Positions 10,774 to 24,570 of a stretch of DNA of 64,000 nt are shown here, piece by piece (the first letter of the stretch is position 1; every line of letters starts with the position of its first letter). This DNA is from Octopus vulgaris (Eukaryota). Made by a program: the position numbers and the translations under genes. Below the pieces are notes generated by a model. It saw nothing but the letters and a program-made list of their open reading frames with translations. It was not told where the DNA came from and did not search any database. The stretch covers positions 96,782,001 through 96,846,000 of the forward strand of contig OX597818.1 in NCBI GenBank assembly GCA_951406725.2, given 5' to 3'.

Positions 10774-11812
10774 CGGATCTATTCCATCTCAATCATAGAT
10801 ATTTTAAGTGACTTTTTTTAACGAAACAGTTTGAAACTTCGAATACTGGTAGAATTTCTCACATGGAACACGGTTTACTCTGAACTTTTTTGTCAAAATT
10901 TCTTATTCTAGAAGTTATTTCATGTTAAAGTTGTCGTATTTGGGTAATGTCAACCTATCAACAACGCATATTAGGTTGAAGAAAGCTACTGCTGATTACG
11001 ATAGTAATCGAAAATGAACAACTTCCGGGTCATCTCTATTAAATGTCACCAATCTGTTCGAAAAATCAGCACCATCGAAGAATCAACACCTAGAAGGAAA
11101 AAATATTATTTACATATATTTATTCGTTTGCCCGACATCGGTGTTTTATCCACACATAAAGCGTACCTATAGAGGAACGGGTCTGCAGCTAGCTTTTTTG
11201 TTATTAACATATATGTAGTTTCAAAATGCCTTATTTTACAATTATGAGATGTATTGTTATTGTCATGATTTTATCTTACTATAATCAACAACAAACACAT
11301 TTCGTCAATATAAAAGTCTTTATTAGATTAAAAATAACATTATCAAAACATGAAAGTAAAACAAAACAAATAGCGGCTTATACACCGGAATATATGGTAA
11401 TTGTAGTGGCAGTGAAAAGTTTGCTTGCTTGTTGCTAGTTGATAGTGTAGAAGGGAGGGAAAGAGTAAGGAATGCACGGTGCTGATTAGAAAGGAAGAAA
11501 GGATAAAGGTAGCATCGTCTTCGCTCGCCATACCAATAGAATAGAGTGGGGACATTTAGTAGAAGTTGTTCCTCTTCGATTACTATCGTATTCAGCAGTA
11601 GCTTTCTTCAACCGAATATACGTTGTTGATTGGTTGAAATTACCCAAATACGTCAACTTTAACACGAGATAACTTCTAAAATACGAAATTTTGTCAAAAA
11701 CTTTCAGAGTAAACCGTGTTCTATGTGAGAAATTCTACCAGTATTCGGAGTTTCAAACTGTTTAGTTAAAAAAAAAAATAGATAAATCTGTGATTGAGAT
11801 GGAATAGATCCG
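10774..11812. repeat. ~240-bp inverted repeat pair (foldback/MITE-like)
   Basis: 10774-11012 is the diverged reverse complement of 11575-11812; outer ends CGGATCTATTCCATCTCAATC / GATTGAGATGGAATAGATCCG. Confidence 0.85.
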
Positions 11813-12056
11813 GCAGCACATCTCAAATCATATATGTTATTATCATTAAAAATTATTAAGCAATTTTTAAAGTCTGTTTCTGGGATATCGCAAAAACATG
11901 TGAAATATCCCATCATCGGAGACAGATGGTGAGAAAGTAAGAGGGTAAAGATTACTGAAATAATGGAGAGATTTGGAAAAACAGAAAAAGGTAAAAGATA
12001 TATAAAAGTTCATAGTTTAAGTTTCCATCGTAACCGACGGAGTGCTCCTATATATA

Positions 12057-12121
<65 letters not shown>

Positions 12122-12469
12122 GGGGGGGGGGCTCACCTACCCTTGAATCTGCACTTCGGAAGTATTATGGAAAGACTTCTAGACTACTTGTCTAAGTCAT
12201 GTTTTTCTTTCCTTTTCCTTCTTCCTTTTGTTTATATTATATGCTCTTGTTTTTCATTCTGATGAAGATCTGTTGCCTTAATTCGAATGCCCTATGAAGA
12301 TGAATTTTATTCTCGCATTTATGTATAGACTGCATTTTGACAGTCTGATCAATAATGGCCGTAAGATATGTTAATTCACCTGTTTTGTTATGTCATGCTT
12401 TGTATTAAGAAATAAGCTATAAATGTGGTCCATCGATGTGTCGGTTGACCTGTGGCTTTCTCCCTTTTC

Positions 12470-12507
<38 letters not shown>

Positions 12508-12933
12508 TGTAAGTATGAATATATATACATATATACATGTATATTTATTCGTTTACTTGATTCAGTCACTGGACTGCGGTTGCTATATATATATATATAT
12601 ATATTATAGTATGCAAGTATGTCTTGATAGTTAGTACCATGCTCTTACTAATTGCTTTGAATGCCTATGTAGTGATATTCATTATCAGCTACATAGACGT
12701 GAGCAACGTGAAATGAAGTGTTCTGCTCGATTCAGGATTAACTCATAACCATGTACCTTCATATGTGTGTATGGGCCTACATATGAGTGGTGTCTTTATG
12801 CAAGTGAACGTGTCTGTGGGTGCGTATGTGTTACGAATGAAGTAAGAATATAATATCCTTTAAAATTAGACATGTGAAGACAAAATATAATTTGAATACA
12901 TAGATGCACAACTATATTCATTAATATTTGCAC

Positions 12934-13345
12934 GCGTAGGAGCGGCTGTGTGGTAAATTGCTTGCTCGCCAACCACATGGTTCCGTGTTCATTCCCAAAG
13001 CGTAGCACCTTGGGCAAATGTCTTCTACTATAGCCTCGAGCCGACCAAAGCCTTGTGAATGGATTTGGTAGACGGAAACTGAAAGAAGCCCGTTGTATAT
13101 ATGTATATATATATATGTATGTGTGTGTATATGTTTGTGTGTGTGTATTTGTGCTCCCAACATCGCTTGACAACTGATGCTGGTGTGCTTACGTCCCCGT
13201 AACTTAGCGGTTCGGCAAAAGAGACCGATAGAATAAGTACTAGGCTTACAAAGAATAGGTTTTGGGGTCGATTTGCTCGGCTAAAGGCGGTGCTCCCGCA
13301 TGGCCTCAGTCAAATGACTGAAACAAGTAAAAGAGTAAAAGAGTA
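12934..13345 (+). mobile_element. complete tRNA-derived SINE family A (octopus OR/OK-type)
   Basis: A box GGCTGTGTGG, B-box-like GTTCATTCCC, internal (TA/TG)n, and an (AGTAAAAG)n tail. Confidence 0.85.
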
Positions 13346-13996
13346 ACTTGAAGTTTTAGAGTAGTTCAAATTGAAGGCAACTGCATACTGATATATACAC
13401 GATCAATATGCTCTTTCTTGAAGTGTATATCAAAATGAGATCTGTAATTACAGTTGTGTATTTTATACTAAACAGTTGAATACACATCTACACCAATTTG
13501 CTTCAGTATGTTCAATATTTTATAAAATCGACCAAATCTTCCCACCCTGTCTGTTCTACCTCTAAACTTACTGCAACATCCATAAAACCATTGCCTTTTC
13601 TAGTATATACTACAAATATATAACATATGCTAGAGATAATGCAGAAGAAGAATGGTTTATAAATATTGCTCGTGAAAACATTATCCGGTGAAATAAATTA
13701 CAGATAGAATTTTTCAATTCTTCAACACAATGTTCCACTAAATGAGCTTGGAGTTATGGATCGAAAGGTACTGTTACAAATCAACAGACTAAAATTTTGT
13801 TTACATATTTATATGCAAACATATTTCGAATCAAACTCTGTAGAGTGGAAATGCTATTATGAACTGCAACAAAATTTTGATGTGTTGTGGAACATGAATG
13901 GAGCCTTGTCTAAATCAATACATTATCTCAATAATAACGAGACCATAAAAAAGAAATATCATCAGGCTGCGTTACTTTTGATTTACATACACACAC

Positions 13997-14029
<33 letters not shown>

Positions 14030-14463
14030 CATATTTTATTCGTTCAACACATAATAAGGGGTTGCGTCCATAACCCTCACAAGTTCTCCAAAACTAACGA
14101 GGTTTGTTGCTTAACATTCTTCATGAATTGTTATAAGTCGGTGACTGCAGGAAAGCATACGCAGGCATGAATTCCAGAGGCCAAAGTTCTTTCAAGTTGT
14201 GAGAAAAAAATATACTTATTCGAAACATTCTGGAAATATAAAGTGAAATAGATTAAAAGGTAACAACTACTCTAAATTACAATGGCAACTCGATTGATAT
14301 GATAGACTAGCTCCACGAATCCCCGAGAAAATTGTGTAAATTGTGTAGATTGAGGAAGATACGTTTTTAATATTGAATAAAAGATAACAAAGAAATGTAA
14401 AGTTAGAATTCAGAGAATTATTTATTTAAATGGCGAAAATAAATACGTATGTGTGTGAGTCAA

Positions 14464-14511
<48 letters not shown>

Positions 14512-14619
14512 TCACACCCTCACACACACACACTCACACACACATATACATGTATATATATTTGTATTTAAACATTTACATTTATATGTGTATGTTTATA
14601 CACATATATATAATATTTA

Positions 14620-15300
14620 TACGAGGTCTGATCAATAAGTATCCGGACTGTTGCCATAGTAACGAAGCTGAAGCACGTAGAATGAAGCTGCTTACACACT
14701 AAGTTTTAACGTTCTAGTTCACTTCCACTGTTTACAGCAATGCTTGGAAGGAAGGTGAGTAGCGTGTGATCGTCACATTGACCATGACAAAGAAAGTTGT
14801 CATAGCAATACCTGCTCAGAGGCCTACGCAAAGTTGCTGAAAGTTTATGGAGAGGAGTGTATGAGCCGCACAGCAGTGTACGAGTGGTTCAGACGTTTTC
14901 ATGATGGCCGAAAAATATTGATATTGTTAAACGTTTTGGGAGACCCGCAACGAGCAGAAATGAAAAAACATCGCAGATATGAGGGGAAATCGTCGAATCG
15001 CCATCCGTGAGTTATAAGAGAATGTGCAGATTAGTTACAGTTCAATTCAGTCCATTATCACTGAGGATTTGGTTATGAGACGCGTTTCTGCCACGTTTCT
15101 GCCAAAACTGCTTTTAGCTGACCAAAAAGACACTCGGGTTTCAGTTGTACAAAATTTCTTTGATTGTGTCGAGAACAATGAACACTTTTTGAAAACTTTG
15201 CATAAGCCTCTGAGAAGGTATCGACAAGCTTTTGGCAAAATTTTATGCAGATTCTCAGCTCAACTTCTTCTGTCATAGTCAATGTGATGATTATACGCTC
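14620..15300 (+). mobile_element. mariner-derived internally deleted element
   Basis: TIR TACGAGGTCTGATCAATAAGTATCCGGACT; VYGEECMSRTAVYEWFRRF and RRVSATFLPKLL; 15192-15300 is an inverted copy of its own 5' region. Confidence 0.8.
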
Positions 15301-15539
15301 CAGTTACTCGTAAATTACCATCTTACTTATGTTAAAAACACTGATGGTTCCATAGGAATTGAGTGCAAACAGGATTGGGCCGACACTGACAACTCTAACA
15401 GCTATGAACGGATTTTGATATAATTTTAATGGGGTATTCCTAGCGTATTTATCAACCTTTCCTATGAATATTATAAAAGAACACTCAATATTTTTATAGT
15501 TATTGGGTCCAAATCCGTAGTAAATCTGACAAGAAACTA

Positions 15540-16995
15540 CACCTCATCATCCAACCTGAACTCAATGATCTAGTTCATGATCTAACACTTACTAAGCAAC
15601 AGAGTGAAGTCTTGGCCTCACGTCTACAACAATAGAACCTGTTGAATATAGATGCTCGAATTACAGTATTTAGGTAGCGTTCTGCAGGTCTACAGCAATT
15701 TTTCACTTTGGAAAACAACTTGAATTATTGTAATGATATCAGAGACTTATTCAATGCCCTTGAGTTGACCTATGAACCAAGTGAGAGGTGGTTATTCATA
15801 AATGCATCCCTTTACAGCATAAAAGCTGATCTGTTGTACATTGGGGACACCATAACTTCAGTTCTAATTGCTCGCTCAGTCATTTTAAAAGAGACACATG
15901 AGAACCTCGCTTTTATTCTAAACTGCAAAAGTTACAAGTGGCTAATTTGTGCGGACTTGAAAGAAGACCTACTTAATGGGCTACAAACTGGATACACCAA
16001 GTTTATGTGCATCTCTTGCAAGTGGGACAGTAGAGCCAGATCAAAACATTATGTACGCTCAGAATGGCTACCTCAGGATACTGACGCCTGGATGCCATAA
16101 TGTAAATCATGAGCCATTAATTAAAAAGAAAATCTTTTTGCCACCACTGCATATAAAACTAGGCCTAATGAAGCAATTTACCAAATCACTGCAACATAAC
16201 AAGCCATGTTTCCAGAACCTCGAGAAGATCTTCCCTAAAATAAGTGATGCCAAGATTAAAGAGGGAGTATTCGTAGGCCCTCGGATTCATTGTCGCCTCG
16301 AAGTCCTCATCAGCTATAAAGCTGATGAGGACTTCGAGGTGACAATGGATGAAGCTGAACTCGCGGCCTGGCATGCATTCAAAGAAGTATGCAAAGGACT
16401 TCTGGGAAAGCACCAAGTGGTCCAGCGAGAGAGTATAGTGGAGTGCCTAATCAAGTACTAACATATGCAATATGTCACCAGATGCAATATGTCTCACATG
16501 CCATATGTCACTGAAGATATACTTTCTTCATTCTCATCTGTCCTTCTTCCCAGAGGATGCAGGAGATGTGAGTGATGAACATGGAGAGAGGTTCCATCAA
16601 GATATAACGTCAATAGCAAACAGGTATAAAGAAAAATGGAGCCCGGCTATGCTGGCTGACTTCTGCTGGAACCTGAAGCGTGACACACATGAGACATCTT
16701 ATAAACGATGTAAATACTAAAATGTAGGTTAATACATTATATAATGCTAATAAACATGTCAATTCATTATATATTTATGAATTAATTACAATGGACATAC
16801 TTAATCTGACTTTGGGAGCAAAATAAAGTTATGGTGCCGTGGAAATTGGTATAAATTGCGTAGTCGATAATTTACAAGAAAATGTGATGTGATGGGAAAT
16901 TTTTATTATAAAATTTGAATTTAGGCCAATCAACTTCATAATAAAATGTGCATGAGAACTGTTTTTACTTGACCCTGAAATTTGTTGTACAGTAT
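15540..16995 (+). mobile_element. Chapaev3-like (CMC) DNA transposon, transposase pseudogene
   Basis: ELNDLVHDL, WLICADLK, CKWDSRAR, PPLHIKLGLMKQF, KIKEGVFVGP, HSHLSFFPEDAGDVSDEHGERFHQDI; several stops and frameshifts; ends approximate. Confidence 0.8.
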
Positions 16996-17112
16996 TATCA
17001 CTGACGACTCCTGGTTCTTTAACCAGAACATGCAATTATATAAATTAAAGTCACATAGTTTATGAAAGGTAGACAGGACATGAATGTATCTTCTTTCAAG
17101 CTGTATCTCATA

Positions 17113-17153
<41 letters not shown>

Positions 17154-17429
17154 AAAGCCAGATTTGTTATTTGCATTCAGTTTTATACGTTAACGCAAAA
17201 TTACAGAATCTTGCATTACTTCGCAATAACTTATCAAGTTGTGTAAGTATAAATAGTTAGCTTACTTCATAAGCGCGCCAAAATAAAATGCTTGATCTGA
17301 AATTCTGCTCTGCGAGTTTTGGGGCAAAACTCTTCTATAACAAAGGAATAAAAATCTTCTCACTTATTATTCCATTACTTTCTTCATATATATTCTTAGC
17401 AAGTGGGCGTATTGCCTTTCTTGACCTGG

Positions 17430-17640
17430 TGCGTTGACACGTTGTCCATTGCTTCATTCTGTGTGTGATTTAAAGGCTGCACAGATGAACATGCAATATA
17501 GTCCAGTTCGGGAACTCATGCTTTAAGAGTTCGAATTGGGTCATAATGACGCGGAAGCTCCCAAAAACATTTATTGTGCAAAAGATGAAGGCACAGTTGA
17601 TCACAGTATAGTAACTGGATGGTTCAAGAAATTTCGCCGG
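17430..17640 (+). mobile_element. mariner 5' fragment
   Basis: EFELGHNDAEAPKNIYCAKDEGTVDHSIVTGWFKKFR. Confidence 0.75.
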
Positions 17641-17699
17641 AAGTTTTTTTTCCTTCTTTTTAAGCGCTGGCGTTCTTGGAGGGAAAACTTCGTTCTTTC

Positions 17700-18850
17700 T
17701 CTAAAAGAAGGGCGACCTCATTTTTCTTCTACTAAACTCTAACAAATTTAGCTTCCCTCATTTCTTAATTTTTTGTAAGAGTGCTTTCAACAGTAATACG
17801 CTTAAAAACAATATTCATAGATTTCACTTCCAATACCTTTAAAAGATGTTCAGCAAATATTAAAATGCAAGAAAATACTCTTAATAAAAAAATTTGATTT
17901 AAATGTTTCGTAAACTATTGTAAATCGTTTTACATCATTTTTCGTTTTATCATCAGAACTTTGGGGATTCACCAGAATATTATCAAAAATATTTTTAAGC
18001 TTTCTATGTTCTCTTTGACAGTTTCAACCAATCGATATGAATAGTTCCATCACGTTGGAACAAGCTTTGAAAAGTGATTTCCCTCAAATTTATTAAGCCA
18101 AGAAGTTCATTTTACATAGTTACTAAAAATGACGACACACTAGATAGAGAAAAAAATGTATTGTACATAGGAATGTGAGAAAGAGCTTGACTTAAAGCAA
18201 GATTAAACTTCTAAGCATAAAAATGCAAAGAAGAAGCTTCTAGTACTTTCTCCTTCTCTACTCTTCTCTTTTTTCCTCTTCTCTAACTTTTGTCTGAACG
18301 CCATTAAGTTCGCTAGCCATGGCAGCGGCACATTCGTATGCTTGAGCAACTAACTTTTTTGCAATAACTAGATTCTTTATAGCTTAATCCAATATAGCCT
18401 GATCACTTCTATCTTTGCTAACGTCAGTAAATCCAAGAAAACCTTCACAAATTTCTTCATTTCTATCAACGTAGCACACAACGAATGGAAGTTAAGATAA
18501 GCAATTCACGTTAGAAGTTTCATCCATTAAAATGGCGATAAACATGCATTTTGTAATCTTTTTGGTCCAAAAACATACAGCACTAATCCACCGAATTAGA
18601 TTGTTCTGGATAATGGATGACAGTCGTTACAAACAAGAGGTTTTGAATGTTTTTGCCGTTTTTCATCAAATTCAGCGACACAGAGATCTAACTCAATGTA
18701 GTTGCTCCTGTTTTCAGATAACTCACTTTTATTTTGGTTACTAAAACTCAATTCCTGATTTCCCCACCCGCCAAAAGCTTCTTTTTCATTCATTGTCTTC
18801 TGATAGCAAATGATAACTGGTTGTCGAGCGCTAAATAAATTTTACTTCCC
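17700..18850 (-). mobile_element. hAT (Tip100/ZMYM-like) transposase pseudogene
   Basis: Minus-strand FIAILMDETSNV, CYVD..EICEGFLGFTDVSKDRS, KKLVAQAYECAAAMASELNGVQ, FNLAL; many stops; boundaries approximate. Confidence 0.75.
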
Positions 18851-19034
18851 TTTCTAAATCGTATAAAATTAACATATGCTTCTAAACTGATCACTGAATT
18901 TTCGTAGAGAGTGATTGTAATACGCAAGTTATTTAAATCATCATACCCCTTATTTTAACAACTCCAAACTGAATTATCATTTGAAAATGGCTGACATGGT
19001 CAGCGATACAATTTATCATTAGAAATATTTTCAA

Positions 19035-19408
19035 AGGTGGTGAGCTGGCAGAATCATGATAGCGTCGGGGGAAAATGCCTTGCAATACTTGTCCCAGCTC
19101 TTTATGTTCTGTGTTCAAATCTTGCCGTGTTCGACTTTGCCTTTTTTCCTTTCAAGTTAATAAAGTACCACTCAAATATTGGAATAACAACTAACTCCTC
19201 CACATAAAGTTACTGACCTCTCTCTAAAGCAGAACTAATTATAGGAAGAATCTCACTTTGCAACCACGTAGTTTCGGGTTCAATCCTTCTGCGCGGTACT
19301 TGGGCAAGTATATTCTATAATAGCCTTAAACCGACCGATGCTTTGTGATTGAATTTGGTAGACTAAAATTGTGTGAAGCCAGTTGTATATATACATGTGT
19401 GTGCGTGT

Positions 19409-19444
<36 letters not shown>

Positions 19445-19662
19445 GTGTGTGTGCGTGTGTGTGCATGTGTGTTTCCACCCACCAGTTAACAACTGATGTT
19501 GGTTTGCTTATATCACTATAATCTAGCATGGTTTGGCAATAGGGATAAAGTACCAGACTTTACAAAACTAAATACTTGAGTCGATTTCCACCAAACCCTT
19601 CAAGGCGGTGCCCCAGCATGGCCGCAAACCAGTGACTGAAACAAGTAAAAAGTAAAAGATAA
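19035..19662 (+). mobile_element. degenerate SINE B followed by SINE A
   Basis: Matches to the two SINE families seen elsewhere in the window. Confidence 0.7.
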
Positions 19663-19884
19663 GATAACCATTTGTGCATTACGTTAAAGAATCAGTTAAA
19701 TTTTTTAGGGTATCCTTTGTTAATTTTCGTCAATGTTAATGCCGGAGTAAACTTTCTACTGTCGACCACACGTTTCTTTGCGTATAAAATAAAATTATTT
19801 AAATGGAAAACTTCGCTATTTTGCAGAGTAGTTTAAGCATTACGGATAGAATTAGCTAAAAGGAATGGAAGTAAAGCTAGCCAA

Positions 19885-20369
19885 TCTAATATATAAAGCT
19901 GAAGTTGGCTGTGTGTGTGTGTGTGTGGCAGGTTTGGTAGCCTTCAACTAACACTATCTTCTCCGAGACCCTGCGGCGTAAGTTGACCAAAATTGAGAGT
20001 ATGATAGAAGGCTTGCTCTTCATTCCGTAGAAAAAGAAATTCAAATCGGACCATGTTAAGACCAAAAATTATTTACCTCAAAAAGGTGCTTTTTTTCTAT
20101 GAAAATCCCTATTTTTTACGATTTTTTGATTGCTGTGTCGCCATTTTTCGGTGTATTTCAACCAGAAAAATGTTCACTTAAAGAGAATAACAAGCTACAG
20201 AATGCAAAATTTTTACTTTTCAAAAATTTCAATTCTAAAGGGTCGAAAATAATTTTTTTGTGACGTCATTGGTTTTGAGCGAACAAAACTTTATTAACGC
20301 GACATCAAAGTCTGCCGTTTTAAGCGCAACTAAAAAACAAACCCGAGCAACGCTGGGCTATACTGCTAA
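19885..20369 (+). mobile_element. non-autonomous Helitron
   Basis: 5' TC after A, internal (GT)n, subterminal hairpin CCCGAGCAACGCTGGG, 3' CTAA (CTRR) before T, no TSD. Confidence 0.8.
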
Positions 20370-21123
20370 TCATTTATAAACCGGTAACTAAATATGGAAA
20401 TATCTTCGTGTAATTTCAAGTATTAAAACAATACGTTCATAAATTGATCACTCATCAACAACGAATAACTTTAAGTATGCTTTGTTTTAGCTGGGCTGGA
20501 AGTTAACTTAGATGAAAGTCGCCTGGTTGGTTGGGTCTAAACTAAGATTATGTATACGTTAATCTGTTGGATATGCTGGAATCAATTTTCATTAATATTC
20601 TGTTACATATTTGATTTCCATATAAATCGATGGTATTCTGATAAGATCGATATGATATTCATGTTTCTGTAATTCAATTGATTTTTCTTTTTGCGCGAAA
20701 AAAATTATTCTTAGTTATACCTGTTAATTTAATTCTATCAATAAATTGTGAAGTATATAATACAAGTGTAGCTCACTCGTACAACTGGATGAAGTGATTT
20801 TCAAGTATGATCTATATCTAATTCATTTCATTTAAAACCCCTCTGCTTCAGCGCATGGCGAGTATGGCCAGTAATTTTAATCGACCATAGAGGATAGAGA
20901 CTTTGATGTCAGTATGTATTACATGCCAACGTGAGAAAAACTATGAAATTTCGAAATAAAATTATTTTTTGTTTTCTCTAATGTCTGTGCTTTGTCCCTT
21001 TTTCCATTCCACACAAATCTTTAACCTTCCTGAAGTTTCGCATAAACTATATGTCAATTTGAAGATCAGTATTCTTTAATAAACGACACATTGTTTTAAA
21101 CTGTTGTTTACAATTTTGATAAT

Positions 21124-21333
21124 TCTTTCTACTATAGGCACACAGCCTTAAATTTTGGAGGAGGGGACTAGTCGATTTTATCGACCCCAGTGTTTCACTT
21201 AATTTATCAACCCCGAAAGGATGAGAGGCAAAGTCGACTTCGGTGGAATTTCAACCCCAGAACATAAAGACAGACGGAATACCGCTAAATATTTCGTCCG
21301 GCATGCTAACGGTTCTGCCTGCTCGCCGCCTTA
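21124..21333 (-). mobile_element. SINE family B
   Basis: Full copy with TSD TTTACAATTTTRATAAT. Confidence 0.85.
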
Positions 21334-22027
21334 TTTACAATTTTAATAATAATAACTGTACAAATTTTGATATATTTTAAATCTATTTCTTTTTATCTCT
21401 TCGAACTGAAATAAATGCCGATTTTCAATCAATTATAATGGAAACTTAAAGAAAATAGACTGACATTGTTGGGGTTTCTTTGAAAAAGTGTTGACTTTTT
21501 ATATATAATTTTCTCATGTTTTGCTAATAAAATGAAACAATACGACGGCCGGTTTCAGTTTCTGATTTCAACATGACTTATCGAACAGAAGAACCTTTAA
21601 AGCTTTGTCTTATAGAACGTAGCTGTGATGCACGATTTTCTAATCTATTTCTTTCAAAGGCTAAGCATAAAAAAGTATTTCCTATATGGAGATTTATCAG
21701 CAGTTTGGAAATGAAACCAAACTACAAAATGCTGACTCCCTTCTCTAACACAACAAGCAGAATAATATATCTTCAGTTTTTAGTTGAAACCACTCTTCCT
21801 ACGATGATTGTTCCATTGCTTATTAATTTTAATCACCAACAGTCAAATCTCTTATTACATTCTGATATTGCATTTAAGTTAGTCTAATATAGAAAAAAGT
21901 AGGTAAATAATCTATCATTTAAATTGATAAGAGAATAAAAGCTATTAGCTCAATTTACTGAAATACATTTCCGAAAAGTCTTCATTTACTAAGGTTTTGA
22001 GAACATTAGCGTTTAATTGAATAAATA

Positions 22028-22168
22028 TAAGGTTGTCCCAAAAGTTCGTAGAAAGTCTTGGAAAATAATGGTCTGTATTTTGAGGAATAATTTTTGTTGT
22101 TTTTGTTAGTACTTGGCGAGTAAAAATTCAATTTTCGCAAGTGTTTACGAACTTTTGGGACAACCTAA
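22028..22168. mobile_element. mariner-type MITE (~141 bp)
   Basis: Perfect 21-bp inverted repeat AGGTTGTCCCAAAAGTTCGTA; flanking TA. Confidence 0.85.
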
Positions 22169-22803
22169 TAGTATAGAATAATTTAAAATAACAATATAGC
22201 GGGATACAAAACCAGAAAATTAACTTACAGCAAAACTTGGACGCGAAAATTTAGAGTTCATTTTCAAAGTGATTACTAGAAGAATGCGCTGTGAGGGCCA
22301 AAAAAGGCAAATATAGCCGAACATTTTCCTTTTATAATCATTTTAATTATGCTTTGTTGGCTGCTTCAGTAAGCAGTTGTCATATTTCATTTTTCCTTAT
22401 CATTCGTTTTAAACTATTTATCATATTTATGACATCAAGACACCAACAAATCAAAGGCAACAGAAACATGTACTGTGGGTTATATTACTAGATTATTAGA
22501 TAATCTAATGCACACTACTATGTTTTCATATTTTGTTATCTTAGAATGCAATCGTATTCCATAAATGACATCAATGAAATATGATCGTAAACAAGTTTTA
22601 TATTGTGAGACTGATGGCATATTTGATTATCAGTTCTGTTTCGTGTTTATTTTTTTAAATTTACAATTTATTATTAATTATATTAAAAACCTAAATAGTT
22701 TTAAAGGGATTTTTTAAATTTAAGTTAAATTTAAGCTAATTATAAACCATGTAAGTGAACTGCAGTAACTTTGTATAATCACAAAACTTTAATATATTTG
22801 ACA

Positions 22804-23310
22804 GACGCAGGTGTGGCTGTATAGTAACAAGCTTGCTTCCCAGCCCCATCGTTCTGGGTTCAGTCTCATTGCGTGGCACCTTAGGCAAGTGTCTTCTACT
22901 ATAGCTTCGGGTCGACCAAAGCCTTGTGAGTGGATTTGGTAGACGGAAGCTGAGAGATGCCCGTCATATGGGTGTGTGTATCTTTATGCCTGTGTTTGCC
23001 CCACCACCAACACCACCTGACAACCGGTTTTGGTGTGTTTACGTCCCCCGTAACTTAGCGGTTCCGCAAAAGAGACCGGCGTTGATTTGTTCGACCATAG
23101 TTACAACGGTGGTGCACCAGCATGACCGCAGCTTTAAAGTGTTATATAAGGCGGTGAGTTGGCAGAATCGGTAACACACCGGGCAAAATGCTTAGTGGCA
23201 TTTCGTCCGTCTTTATGCTCTGAGTTCAAATTCCACCGTGGTCAACTTGGCCATTCATTCTGTCGGTGAACGATAGAATAAGTACCAGCTAAGTACTGGG
23301 GTCAATATAT
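22804..23310 (+). mobile_element. SINE A followed by SINE B
   Basis: Matches to both families. Confidence 0.8.
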
Positions 23311-23553
23311 TTGACTTATAATATTTACATTGCAGTAGCAAAGTTACAAAAGCTTTTTGTTTCGCTTTTGTTTTTGTTTGTTTTGTTTTCTTAATATAGC
23401 GCATGTCCTGAAAAATTATTGCAAACAAGTTATAAAACTTTTATTATACAATTTGGTTCTATATTTCATCGCTGATATTTTGTCTGTTGTGTTATTACAA
23501 TAATTCTTTCGTTGGTACAAGGCCAGAAAGAGGGATGCAGTCCATTAAATCGA

Positions 23554-24570
23554 CTTCACTTTATAATCAGTAATCATTTGCTGTGGACGATTAAGGCATC
23601 TTTAACCTCCACTGAACTTGAACTGGAAACTTAAAGGATTGTAAATAAACACTGAAAAATAAAACATTCAGCCTCTTCACCATGCAAAATTGTTATCGTA
23701 TAAAAACTGCTTCATATTGAAAGTAACCAATACGATCAAACTTAAAATTCAACTATAAATCAATATCTTTAAGTGAATTACTTGATTACGTCGGATTGTT
23801 GGGCTTTATAATATTTAGTTCTGTTCTATTGAATTTGTTATCTCATTGAGATCTATAAAATGAGCACCTCTTATGAACTGGGATCGATCAAATCAAGGTT
23901 TTGTGCATTTTGTTCCGAGATTACTCATATATGAATTAATACATATCCCTTCACTTCTTTTATCTAACAGATGTAGATTTACAATTTTAAACCACTGGAG
24001 ACAATAGTCATGAGAAATAATCTAGACGACTGAAAACTATGTTCCATAGAGTATGCATGATTGAGTTCTCTCAATCTATATGTTTCTCGAATCCATCATC
24101 CAGTTGCCTGCGAGTTATTACCATATAAGTAATTTGTAAATTTACAATTGAAACGATGTGTCTTAATAATTTTCCAGTTACAAAACATTTAGATTTTGAG
24201 ACTAATCTTTCGTTTTTGTGTATCAAAATATGTGTTTCAAAATGAACTGATGTTGCTCTCTGTTTTTACACCATTAGAACTGTCGATTTCCGTCGATATT
24301 TTAATATCATTAGCGTTAGTTGTTATAATAATCTATGTTACTCTTAAGGGAGCTTTTATGAACAATAATGGGGCCAAGGAGGTTCCTTCAGACAATATGA
24401 AACAGTTTTTATACTATAACAATTTAGCATGGTGAAGAGATTGAATGCTATAGCCAAGATTTTATTTTTCAGTGTTTATTTACAATCCTTTAAGTTTCCA
24501 GTTCAAATTCAGTGGAGGTTAAAGATGCTTTAATCGTCCACACCAAATGATAACTACTTATATAGTGAAG
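23554..24570. repeat. ~170-bp inverted duplication
   Basis: 23554-23719 is the reverse complement of 24393-24570 with few substitutions and one indel block. Confidence 0.85.

Noticed and set aside
12250-12310. CTGATGA hammerhead core in another (TA)n-embedded insert
   Set aside because: No GAAA (GAAT instead) and no convincing stems II/III; at best a decayed remnant
12934-13010. tRNA genes
   Set aside because: A/B-box sequences are SINE heads joined to SINE bodies; no full cloverleaf
16320-16345. CTGATGA in the transposase hairpin as a ribozyme or C box
   Set aside because: It encodes A-D-E of the transposase; no partner motifs
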